The notes below the pieces were generated by a model. It saw only the letters and a list, made by a program, of their open reading frames with translations. It was not told the DNA's origin and did no database searches. A stretch of DNA of 64,000 bases from Octopus vulgaris (Eukaryota). Each line of letters starts with the position of its first letter. The stretch's first letter is position 1. This document shows positions 11,552-22,440 of the stretch, piece after piece. The stretch spans positions 153,016,001 through 153,080,000 of the forward strand of contig OX597816.1 in NCBI GenBank assembly GCA_951406725.2, read 5' to 3'. The position numbers and the translations under genes were made by a program.

Positions 11552-12482
11552 GTGAAGGTGGATGGTTTAGTGGTTTTGATGTTGTACTCACAATTGCGAG
11601 ACCGTGGGTTCGATTCCCAGACCGGGCGTTGCGTTGTGATCTTCAGCAAAGCACTTCATTTCACGTTGCTCTGCGATCGTTTTGTCATCTGGGATCTTTC
11701 ACTTTTGAACGGCAGATGTTAACACAATTTCTAGTTAACTAAACACTTTTAAACTTCGTATACTGGTAGAATGTGTTTATAAAACATCATTTTCTCTTGG
11801 TTTTATTGAGAAAATTCTATAGTTTGTAAGATATTTCGTCTGAAAATCCGAGCATTTCGGCAATTTTAACCAATCGATTACCTCCATTCAACTAAAATCA
11901 TTTGCTGCGTCTAAAACTGAGACAACATCCTGTCTAAACCTCCCCCCTAACCCTAACCCTTTTTTTTTTTTCTTAATTGTTATGCATGTAAAAAAAACTA
12001 AAGCAATGGAATTAAATTAATTTAACAATTAAGAAAAAAAAATTTAGGGTTAGGGTTAGGGTTAGCAGGGAGGTTTAGGGTTAGTTACAGGACGTTGTCT
12101 CAGTTTTAGACGCAGCAAATGATTTTAGCTCAAAAGAGCGCATAGGATTGGTTAAAATTCGAAAAATCAAACTACGTTAAACAAACAAATTACAATTTTC
12201 TCAAGAAAGCCAAGAGAAAAAATGTTTTATTTTGACACATTCTACCAGTATACGAAGTTTTAAAGTGTTTAGTTAACTAGAAATTGTCTGCCGTTCAAAA
12301 GGAAAAGATCCGTCATCTGACTTATGGAACATGGCGCACCTGTACAGGTAATGTCGATTTGATGGAGTGGGTAAGTTTAAGTGAACACAAACATTCGATC
12401 ACTATATACAAATCCCCTGTGTTTCCGTTAAGCAAGAAATTGTCGAACCCCCATACGTCGTCTAACGACGGGAGAGTCCATT
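11552..12482 (+). mobile_element. tRNA-derived SINE split by a MITE insertion
   Basis: Head tggtttagtgg...ggttcgattccc at 11552-11691; the body resumes after the TSD at 12312. Confidence 0.75.
11692..12311. mobile_element. Non-autonomous TIR element (Merlin-like MITE) with internal telomeric repeats
   Basis: GGATCTTT...AAAGATCC termini, imperfect TIRs of about 270 bp, exact 8-bp TSD gtcatctg (11684-11691 and 12312-12319). GG ends with an 8-bp TSD match the Merlin superfamily. Confidence 0.8.
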
Positions 12483-12899
12483 TTATAAATATATATATAT
12501 ATATGTGTGTGTGTGTATGTATGTATATATATACGACAGGCTTCTTTCAGTATCCGTCAACCAAACCCACTCGAGGCAATAGTAAGACACCTACCGAAGG
12601 TAGGTGTCTTACCATGGTTGGGAAACTAACTTCTTACTACACAGCCACGTCTGCACACAGCTATGCCTAAGTACATTTTTTTAAAATGAAATTAACTAAA
12701 ATGCATGGTTTCTAGGTCGTTTTGTGTTTTCTGATTTCAGCGTGAAAGCTCTCCAAAGTTGACACCAGTAATGTATAAAGGTTCATAATTTGCTTAAGTC
12801 TCACCCATACAAAAATGTTTCCTCTAGAAAAAAGAATTATAATAATGCAAAGAAATAATTTTAAAATAAATCATTTTAAGATATTAAACATTTCGTTCA

Positions 12900-13520
12900 A
12901 AGTTTGTATGTTTATACGTATATTGATTTCGTTCAATACTCTGAAAAAGACTCGTTATATCTAATATGTTTAATGGTTCGTTAAATGTGGATGATTTTTG
13001 GCTCTCATTCACCCTAAGAGATGTCCCACATTGACAGAACGTGGTGGTTCACCATTAATAAAATGAATACAAACATAGGAGGAAAATATTGCCTGTAGCA
13101 CTAATTACACTAAAAATAATCACTAGCTGTCTTTGCCTTGCTGAAACTATGGTGCCTATTTTTTTGGCCACTTTTGTAGATTTGATTTTTCTTGGACTCT
13201 GCACTGTCGTATATCCACTAAAAAGAAGTTACATATATTAACAGGAAAATAATTACGCTATGGTTATTGTAAGCTGGTTGTTCGACAAAGGGTCAAAATC
13301 TCAAATGTCCTCAATGAAGTGTTCTCATGTTTCTTAAAATGATGCAGCCAATCTTTGCTTGCACTTGCATTCTACACCCAAGATTCGGGTAGTGTTGTAG
13401 TGGAGTGTACTGACCGCATAGACTGGCCACTTTACTTTTGATATGGGGGTAACCAGTTTGGTGACTGCACAGAGCAGCCAAAACCCTCGTAATGCCACTA
13501 GATTCAAGTATCTGCAGAAA
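12900..13520 (-). pseudogene. Decayed pogo/Tigger-like (CENP-B HTH + DDE_1) transposase
   Basis: Frameshifted motifs LPESWV*NASASKDWLHHFKKHENTSLRTFE, KKIGTIVSARQRQLVIIFSVISATGN, PPMFVF, GEPPRS. Confidence 0.7.
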
Positions 13521-15094
13521 AAAAATCGACTCCTATATTCAAATGCCAAACTCTTGACTTCTTTTATAGTTTAAGTACTACATATGCTGGCGTACGTGTT
13601 ACTACATGTATCAGTGTACTTGTCATAACGGAGTTAGAACATTTTCCAAATAACCCTTTTTATCACGTTCCAACTAGCCCCATACAATAAAGACTACAAC
13701 ATATGACGTATACACATCACAAATTAGAACAGGCAAATTATTTTCTTCCCAATTCCAGTTACTACTCAACAATCAGTACAGAAAAAACATACATTCCTAA
13801 CTACAGTATTTTCTAAACAAACTGAATAATCCTAACAAATCGAAATTATACTTTATTATGTAAAGAAATACAGAAATCTTTGTTGGCTTGAAAACCTACA
13901 TCAACTTAATACCAATATGACTGAAAGGTGGTATGAGAAGCTGTCACAAGATGGCAGCATAGTCCTCAACAGATTTTTCATTTCTTCTGAAAATGGATGA
14001 TTCAATTTAACCTATATTCCAAATAACTACTCCATCCTTCCTCTTCCCCCACTCTCTTTCTCTATTTTTTATTTACTTTACAATTTCTATACAGTGGAAG
14101 TAATAAAACCTTGAAGTAAATGTTTCTAGCACTCAAACACAATAAGCAAAATATTACAATTGTTTAGATATTTTTCTCTTTATATTTCTTTTCATTTAGT
14201 ATTACTGTTATATTTTATTTATTTATTCATGTATTTATTATTATTGTTGTTACAGCTCACACGATTGTTGGCTAAAAGTACCAACCTACATTGAAACTTT
14301 GATAAAATGAAAATGCAATTACGAAACGAATTCAAGGAGATATAAAAAGAATTGAATGACTTAGCAATATTTTACAAGATGGAAACCACAGTAATTTAAT
14401 TTTTCGGTTTTTTGTTTATTTTGATCGTTAATGTCATTCAGTAATCTCTGTTGGTGATGATGGATATGGAGAAACGGTAGACTTGGTATTATTTAGCTTT
14501 ATCCCTTTCAATCTTGATTTGAAATCTTATCAAAGTTGATTTCAGCTTTGTTCCGTTAGGATCCCATGAAAGATATAGAAGGTGATTCAATTACACGTAC
14601 TCTTTTACCAATAAAAATTTCACTTTATGCAAAAGGAACGTAGCTAAGCAATTTGCGATATTATAATCTTTGCAGTGAATTGGTGTATACAAAAGGACCC
14701 ATTCTCTTTTGTAGCGTTATAAGAAACATTTCTCAATCATTCCAATGTGTACTTAGTCCAAAATTCTTGCGTTTGTTTAGATTTTGGAGTCTGACACATA
14801 AGGACTAATAATAAATATAGGAAAACTCCTAAAATGTAATCAATGCAGATGCTAGGGATTTATAATTTGAAGGTGTTACCATTAAAATTTGGTCACAAAA
14901 TGCTGCTGTATAAAAATATATAACTGGTAATAGTCATAAAAAATAACTCTTGTTCTCAGCACTTGGTAACGATTTGGCTTTATAACATAAGGACTGCTAA
15001 TAAACATGTAAAATATCTCTGGTGTAAGAGAAAATTGTGTTGGAAACAATCTTTAAATCATTTTCATTGAAAACTGTTTGAAAAGGGCAGCTTA

Positions 15095-15884
15095 CATAGG
15101 ATGATGCTCGAAAAAGTATCCTGGGTTCCGTATCATAGTGTAAATACAGATATAAATTTACATACACGGAAAAGAACTGAACATTTCTTTCGCAAGTGTC
15201 ATTGTATTATTTCGACTGTTTGTAACCGCTGAACAATGACGGCACACTAGTCGACTGTTTGCTACGAAATTTTTACTGCATCCTCACCAGATTAGTTGAT
15301 TGTAAGATTGTATCTCTAGCTTTTTCTGCTAAATGACGTACTCAGTAGCGGAAAGAGTGAAGATCGTGGAAGCATATATGAGAACGGGTTATGTTAAGCA
15401 AACGCGTGAAATTCTTGAAGTCAAATTTCCGGGTAATGGCTTACCAGCAAAGAGAACGATGCAAATGTTGGTTAAGAAGTGACGCGTTACGGGGTCAGAG
15501 AACAACGCCCCTAAGGAAAGAGACCCTGCAGTTCGAACGCCGGAAGTTATTCAGGACATTCGCCGAAGGATTACTCGAAGTCCAAAGAAGTCAACACGTA
15601 AATTGACGCAGCAATCTCACATAAGCAGGAAGTCATGCCAACGGGTGAGGAAAAGTATCAAGTTAAAGTCATTTCATTTCACATGTGTACAACAATTAAA
15701 AGTGGATGGCAAAAGTAAACGAGTGAATTACTGCGCATGGCTTCTGAATAGCAGATACCAACGGTCGAAATAAAAACAAAGACACTTGCAAACGAAAGGC
15801 TGGGTGCTTTTTCGCGCGTGTAAATTTATTTCTATATTTACACAATGCTACGGAACCCAGGCTACTTTTTCGTGTGCCACTCTG
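15095..15884 (+). mobile_element. Internally deleted mariner/IS630-type element (DUF4817-like N-terminus)
   Basis: TIRs of about 80 bp (cgaaaaagta.cctgggttccgta / tacggaacccagg.tactttttcg) with TA at the right end. From 15333: MTYSVAERVKIVEAYMRTG...VRTPEVIQDIRRRITRSPKKSTRKL, with a stop. Confidence 0.8.
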
Positions 15885-16829
15885 TAAAAGGATTAACAAA
15901 GTTTGAAAAATAATACAGATAAAAACCACAACTGTGTTATCAATTTTCACCAATTTGCTTTATTTATTTGAATGTATTATTATGTTTACCGTTTTTTAAT
16001 CGTAATCATACTTGTTTACCAAATGATTTGAATCCGTATGTTGAAACCGGATCAATTACATCCTGGAAAAGTCATTTTAGTCATATCTAAAAACACAAAA
16101 ACTCCATTATTAACTTTTCAATTATTGCTTAATGATACTGTGCATTTTTTTAAAGAAAATTTCTATTTTATTTATTTATTTAAATAATTCATATTTTTCA
16201 CCTCAAATTTCAGATTGACAAAACAGATCGTTTTCATAAGCTGAAATTTATATGAAGAAAAATAATAGAATCAGAAAAAGAATGAGAAATTCGAATCGAA
16301 GGAATTTGTAAAAGCATTCTAAAATATTGTAATTGTTCATATTTCAAATTCCTCTAAGTTACTGCTGACTACAAAAACGTTTTAACACTAGTACACCGGG
16401 CCCCAAGATCTGTGGCAGATTCTCTGAATGATGTTGTCAAGAGCCGCAGTGTATCTTGCACCCATTTTCACATAGATAAAAGGAAAACAAAATACAAATC
16501 CATTTTCACGTCTTCCCTCTGATTTACAAATTTTATTTATCAATATATTATTTTTCTTAACACAGAAACAGACACTTATTATTATATACTCTGCGCACTC
16601 GTCCTAACTCATCCTGCACGAGTTCACTACCTTCATTAGATGCAAATAAATAAAAACTGATAGAATCCCAGATTACTCTTACGGAAAGAAACGAGTCTCT
16701 GTGAATTAACAAGCTTTCCAACATTCACAAAAGTGTGCGATGAAATTTCTTTTTTTGAAGTAGTCGTACCTCATACAATGTATTAAGCCTCACTTAAACA
16801 AGTGCGCGCACACACATACTCACACACAA

Positions 16830-16860
16830 CTAGCTGGGGCACCCAGCGTTGCCCAGGTAC
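16830..16860 (-). mobile_element. Helitron-like 3' terminus
   Basis: Minus strand cctgggcaacgctgggt...CTAG|T: short GC hairpin followed by CTAG; same motif as 34501-34530. Confidence 0.5.
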
Positions 16861-17513
16861 CAACTTTTCTTTTTCCGTTATGTTTATAGTAAACTTTAAT
16901 GTATATCATTTTGTATTTTATGTTGTAATACATATACAGGTCTAAAGGGGAATTTCCTTGTTATTCTATGTGTGAAGCTTTTAAACTGTTTATTAATAAT
17001 TTTATTTTTGTGATTTACGAAATTACTCTCTTTATATTTAACTTTGTGTGTATTCTTGTAATTCTAATTTGATATGCAACACAAAGCAAAAGCAATTCTA
17101 ACCGATGTTTTATTCCGTAAAGGTTCTGTGATGGAGAACTTTTCTTATTCTATAGACTGGCGTTCTGATGAAAAGATATCCACTTCACACGCGCGTGAAC
17201 ATATATCAGAGTTGACCAGGAAAGAAACAATTGTCAATTCAACTCAATAGTGTTACGGGGAAAGCAGCTTGAACTGAAACGGCATATTTGATTAGAGAAA
17301 TGCGTTGAACGAAAACCTCTTTTTCTTCGGTACAAACTTTCAACTTACTAGCTTCGATTATATGGACTTTAAAGAGTGCTACTTAGGTGTGTGATCGACA
17401 ACCGACAACTGAAAGTAAGAGCATTCATTAGTTTATACAGTTCTATATTTAAGAGATGAGGTATTATGTACATTATTTACATTTGATGGCTATTTGTCCT
17501 CAGCTTGTTTGTT

Positions 17514-17559
17514 AACACAACATTTCGGCTGATATACCCTCCAGCCTTCATCAGGTGTC
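17514..17559 (-). ncRNA. Minimal type-I hammerhead motif (inverted copy)
   Basis: GACAC-CUGAUGA-A-GGCUG..CAGCC-GAAA-UG-UU^GUGUU. Confidence 0.6.
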
Positions 17560-17620
17560 TTGGGGAAATTTCGAACCTGGGTTCTCATTCCTAAGGTATG
17601 TTTCGATATTATTATTATTA

Positions 17621-17657
<37 letters not shown>

Positions 17658-17819
17658 GCCAGTGGGCATATGGTGTAATGGTTAAGAGCGCGGGCTACTA
17701 ACCCCAAGATTCCACGTTCGATTCCAGGCAGTGACCTGATTATTAATAATAATTATAACAACAACAACAACATCGAAAAATACCTTAGGAATGAGAACCC
17801 AGGTTCAAAATTTCCCCCT

Positions 17820-17865
17820 GACACCTGATGAAGGCTGGAGGGTATATCAGCCGAAACGTTGGGTT
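17820..17865 (+). ncRNA. Minimal type-I hammerhead motif
   Basis: GACAC-CUGAUGA-A-GGCUG-gagggUaUaU-CAGCC-GAAA-CG-UU^GGGUU (one stem I mismatch). Confidence 0.6.
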
Positions 17866-20049
17866 AATAACACAAGATGAGGACAAATATCCGTCAACTG
17901 TAAATAATGTGCATTCATTAGCTTATTGTGAAATTTGGATGCACCAACACTTTGTAACGGTACAAATCTAGCTGTCAAAACTTAAATGGGTGCTGTTATG
18001 TCGTGTGATCTACAAATTAAAGGGAGATTACTTTAGGTTACTTTTTAGTTTACTTTTCAGTTTCTAAAATTCCTGAAGATGTTGAAAGCCATAGACTGTA
18101 CATTATTTTCAATGAAAATCAGTGTTTGATTGTTCGTGACAAAGGTAATTTATAGGTGTTATCATATTTTTTACTCCTGAAATGCTTGATATATGTCTTC
18201 TGTAATATTGTCTTGATGATTATGCTAAGATTACTTAGAATTCGATGATGAACAGATACATAGAAGAGATTGTCTTCTTGTTTCAAACCTCTACCAAATA
18301 TACTCCAAACTGCGTCATCAAAGAAACATCTCTGGGGAATTTTGTGATATGTTGTGCAAATATAGCAAACAATACTTTTAAGATCCTGGCACGTGATTGG
18401 ACCATGGATATTGTATAGGAACTCTTTGAAATTTAAAAAGGTAATTCAAACTCATCATTTAACAATTAGATCTCAAAAAAATTAGTATGTGGTTTCAAAT
18501 ACTAAGAAAGATAAGATAATGTTTCTCATTTAAATTTGTTTATTTTGCTTTCAGAACATGTTTTCTATAAGTACACTTCCAGAATCTGTAACAATAACTG
18601 TGAGACAATTATATATCACACAGAATATTTAGACAGTATGTTTACTGGGATACTATCATAATTAAAATCCCTCACGAACAAAGAAGTAAAAATAAAAGTC
18701 TTTAAGAAGTTCAAACGCAGTTTCAAATGTCATGGAAGAAAAAAAATTTGTTGTTTCATATTTAATCTAGTTTATATTTCATAGAGATTTGAACTTCAAC
18801 CGTATGATATTCAGTTAGAGATTACGAGTGATCCACCACAGTTTTACGTGATTGATGTATAAACCAACTAATCAACATGAAGCTATGGCATGATATAGCT
18901 CCTCAGATTATCTAAAATTCACTCCCTTTTCACCCTATAAAAGCTGTTTGGCGCTTAACTCACTCAGACAACTTCGAGAGACTGTTATGATCTGACGGCC
19001 CTGGACATTTGCGTTGGCCACTTTAGGCACTAGACCAAACCATATCGGGCACTCGGACAGACTACCTTGAGCAAGAAACAACTTCGGGTACTGACACACA
19101 ATGTACAACAGCTAGCTTTCTACTAGACTCAGCACGGTTCTCTCCTCCCAGTCGATGGTTATATTATCAACATCTTTCTTTTGTAAAGAGCCAATGCAGT
19201 GAATCATCTCCAGCAATAAATATATAAAGCTAGAAGTTCATGAGTTTGCTTTTTTATAATATCTGCTGCCAGCTAGACCACACTACGATGGTGTTCAATA
19301 ATACAACACGCAACCAACAAGCAGCCATCACAACAGTACTAAAGCATTCGGGTATTATGCTCTATGAACCTGACTGTTAATTTGTATAAAATTTAAAATA
19401 TATGCAATCATTATAAAAGCAAAACTTAACAGTTCAGTTTATAGCATAATGCATGAACATTTTAGAAATATAAACTATTTTGAATATGAAACAATGAAAG
19501 AATAATTATTGTTATCTATACACAGGTGTGTGTGTGTAAAGGCCTTGAACCTTATGCTAACAGGCAAGTAGATATGAGAATATTTTCGTCGAAATTTCAG
19601 ACCATTTACAATAACTATTGTTCTGTTTATGACTTAACAACAGCAGTCTATCTTCTGCTTAAATAATTTATCATTATATTGTTAAGGAAATGTTTTGAAT
19701 GGCTACAAGATATATAGGGTACTGTATAACAGCATTTTTAAAAATTTCTAATCAGTACCTGTTAACACCATGTTAGATGTAAGATCCAGCAGAACAGGGA
19801 CGTAATTTTATGATATTTGTTAACTGAAGGAATATGAGTGAACGAAAGTGTTACTGTTAATGTATTTGTTTAGCCCCACAAGCCTGAATTGCGCATACCT
19901 ATGATGAAACAAGAGATCTTTGGTTTTAAGTGCATATATCCGCAGAATTTATAAGTAAGCCAAAGCAATTCAAAGAAAGATACAAAAATAGGTTTTGGTA
20001 TCCCGAATAAGTGAAACGAATTTGTAAATACTCAAAAGTTACTTATTAA

Positions 20050-20790
20050 ACTAGAAAAATACTCGGAGAGCATAAACCTCCACCAAACAGCTCATTTCCA
20101 CCCATATATATGCATGCTGAAAATTGCCCAATTTCCCAAACCAACGCCGGCGAAAACATAACCTTGGCGGGGGTAAAAATAATAATAACACAGCCATATG
20201 ATTTTAAGAAAAAAAAACCCTTTAAAAACAGGAATCATCTGAAGTGGTTCACAACCACCAACATCATCAGAAGCATTGTCATTGCTTCCACTTCAACCAC
20301 ATACACCGCCATCAATGTTATCATTACGGTCACTTCCACCACTACAATACCACCATCACACAACAAACACTATCATCAACACCACTATTACCACCATCAC
20401 TTCAGCATCACACTGCTCCTGTTGCCATCATAACCACCGTTACTATTTTATCCTCCTCCCATACTTATCTCGACCATTATCATCATCAACACTGTCTTTA
20501 AACAGCAATGCCACCATAGGTTTTGTGGAACAATGTGTTTTCAAGGAAGATAATCAAAGAACGTAACATTGTAATACTTCATGTAAAGTAAATATTACAA
20601 ATGAAAAATCCTGCAAGAATCCACAAAATTCCAGGATCACTACCAAAATTTCATCTTCTGTTCCTTGTGTCATTACCAACTTTTCCTGCAAATTTCATCA
20701 AATACCGTTCACATCTTTTTGAGTTATTTTGCACACAGATGGACAAACCAATGCCAATGAAAACATAACCTTCCTTGGCAGAGGTAATAA
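20050..20790 (-). mobile_element. Helentron-associated (HINE/DINE-1-like) non-autonomous element with low-complexity insert
   Basis: Minus strand starts ttattacctctgccaaggaaggttatgtttt, contains gatgaaatttgcaggaaaagttggtaatgacacaaggaacag, and ends ttggtggaggtttatgctctccgagtatttttctagtt (subterminal IR, hairpin, T-rich end). Confidence 0.65.
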
Positions 20791-20993
20791 TCTGTTTGAC
20801 AACCTTTTATTTTATTTTTATTTTCTTAAAAGACTTAACTTTTTCTATAACAACACATTTCCTTTAACTCTAATGATGAAGTTGTTCAACTTCGAAAGGC
20901 CCACAAACAGGACCATTCTTTATTAGGGGAAAACTGCGTGTCGAATAACTGAAGCAAACTCATGACATTTGACTGTAACATTTATTACCGGAT

Positions 20994-21392
20994 AGGCAGC
21001 AAGGTGGCAGAAGCGTTAGCACGCCTGGCGAAATGCCTAGCCGTATTTCGTCTGCCGTTACGTTCTGAGTTCAAGTTCCACCGAGGTCGACTTTGCTTTT
21101 CATCCTTTCAGGGTCGATTAAATAAGTACCAGTTACGCACTGGGGTTGATGTAATTGACTTAATCCATTTGTCTGTCCTTGTTTGTCCGCTCTATGTTTA
21201 GCCCCTTGTGGGTAGTAAAGAAATAGGTATTTCGTCTGTCTTTATGTTCTGAGTTCAAATTCCGCCGAAGTAGACTTTGCCTTTCATCCTTTCGGGGTCA
21301 ATAAATTACGTACCAGTTACGTAATGGAGTCAATCTAATCGACTGGCTCTCTCTCCAAAACTTTTGGGCCATGTACCTGGAGTAGAAAAGAA
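20994..21392 (+). mobile_element. tRNA-derived SINE with ctttcatcctttcggggtcgataaa core (Meta-domain-like), internally duplicated
   Basis: Head tggcagaagcgttagc...gagttcaagttcc; the core block occurs twice. Decayed copies at about 9100-9335(-), 21885-22090(-), 43680-43885(+) and 61480-61683(-). Confidence 0.8.
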
Positions 21393-22249
21393 TATTTAAT
21401 ACTGGACATAATATATTTCATGTCGGTTATTTACAATGAAAAAATATTAATGATTGCCGACTTGAAGGAGAGAAAAACCACGCCGCCTCCGTAGAAGCTT
21501 CTAATAGGACATCGTGTAAATGTTCAGAATTGGTCTGTCCAAGAAACAGTTGTCTGTGCAAAAGTTCGGAGATCGTCTGCTTAGCAAAAGATGAGGCGTG
21601 TAAATCAGTCGGCTGCCCTAAGAGCCAAATGGATTATAAGGGGACAAGAGGTTAAATTTTAAAACATCCGAAAAAGCTATATCTCATCACAGGTTCACAC
21701 TGACTGATCGATCAATCACGTGAAACTGTGGTGGTTCACACAAGGTGTCTAGCTGAGTAACTAGCGCTTAGAGTTCGAATTTCGGCTACATTGCCACACT
21801 TCTATAAACATAAGTAGTTGTGTTGTAATCAAACTCAATAAGAAGAATAACCAGAAGAATAAAACAATCCCTAAGCAATTATAATCCTTACTGCTATAGT
21901 TACAAAGCCTGAAATTTTGTGGGAGGGGGCTAGTCAATAACATCGGCTTCAGTGCTCAACATGTACTTATTTCCTCGACTTAAGAAGAATGAAAGGTAAA
22001 GTCAACCTCAGTGGAATTTGAAGATAAAGACAGGCAAAATACTGTTAAGCGTTTTGTCCAGCGTGCTAACTGTTCTGCCAGCTCGCCACTTTAACAATAA
22101 TCCTTTCCACTATGCGCAGTAAAGATCTTGCCAGCTCATCGCCTTAACAATAATAATAATTATTATTTTATTTTGACAGAATGCCAGCAAATTTTAGAGA
22201 TGGGGAAGTTGATTATATCGACTCACGTGCTCAACTGGTACTTAATCTA

Positions 22250-22440
22250 AAAGGAAAACCTGAAAGTACTTAGTGTTGATGAAGAGCAATAACCCTGGAA
22301 CTAGTCCATAAATGTTGCTTTGTGCTGAGCAGGGATGCTGAATTCACGGTTCGAAAATATAAGGACACAGATAATGTGTTGTATAGCCAGCTAGAAACGA
22401 TGTTTCTTGGGGTTAATAAACAGGACAGCCATATTGTTGG
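22250..22440 (+). mobile_element. Decayed third member of the hammerhead/retrozyme-like family
   Basis: UAC-UUAGUG-UUGAUGA-AGAG-CAAUAA-CCCU-GGAA-CUAG-UC^CAUAAA plus the homologous downstream module. Confidence 0.6.

Larger units (their letters stand above)
17437..17910 (+). mobile_element. tRNA-headed, hammerhead-containing SINE with inverted 3' tail (Penelope-like structure)
   Basis: Inverted tail 17440-17607, (ATT)n, A/B-box head from 17664, forward tail 17770-17910. Flanking direct repeat gcattcattag(t/c)ttat at 17421-17436 and 17911-17926. Confidence 0.8.

Noticed and set aside
13334-13549. Possible exon ending ECKCK (cystine-knot-like)
   Set aside because: Another frame of the same strand gives clear pogo-like transposase motifs.
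18800-19303. Possible solo LTR (TATAAAA, AATAAA, ...ACA end)
   Set aside because: No TSD, PBS or second copy could be verified.
20110-20566. His/Thr-rich ORFs
   Set aside because: Decayed CAC/CAT simple repeat inside a Helentron-like element.
21450-21620. Cys-rich CxC stretch (SCKCSELVCPRNSCLCKSSEIVC)
   Set aside because: Probably a transposon protein remnant; too short and degraded to assign.
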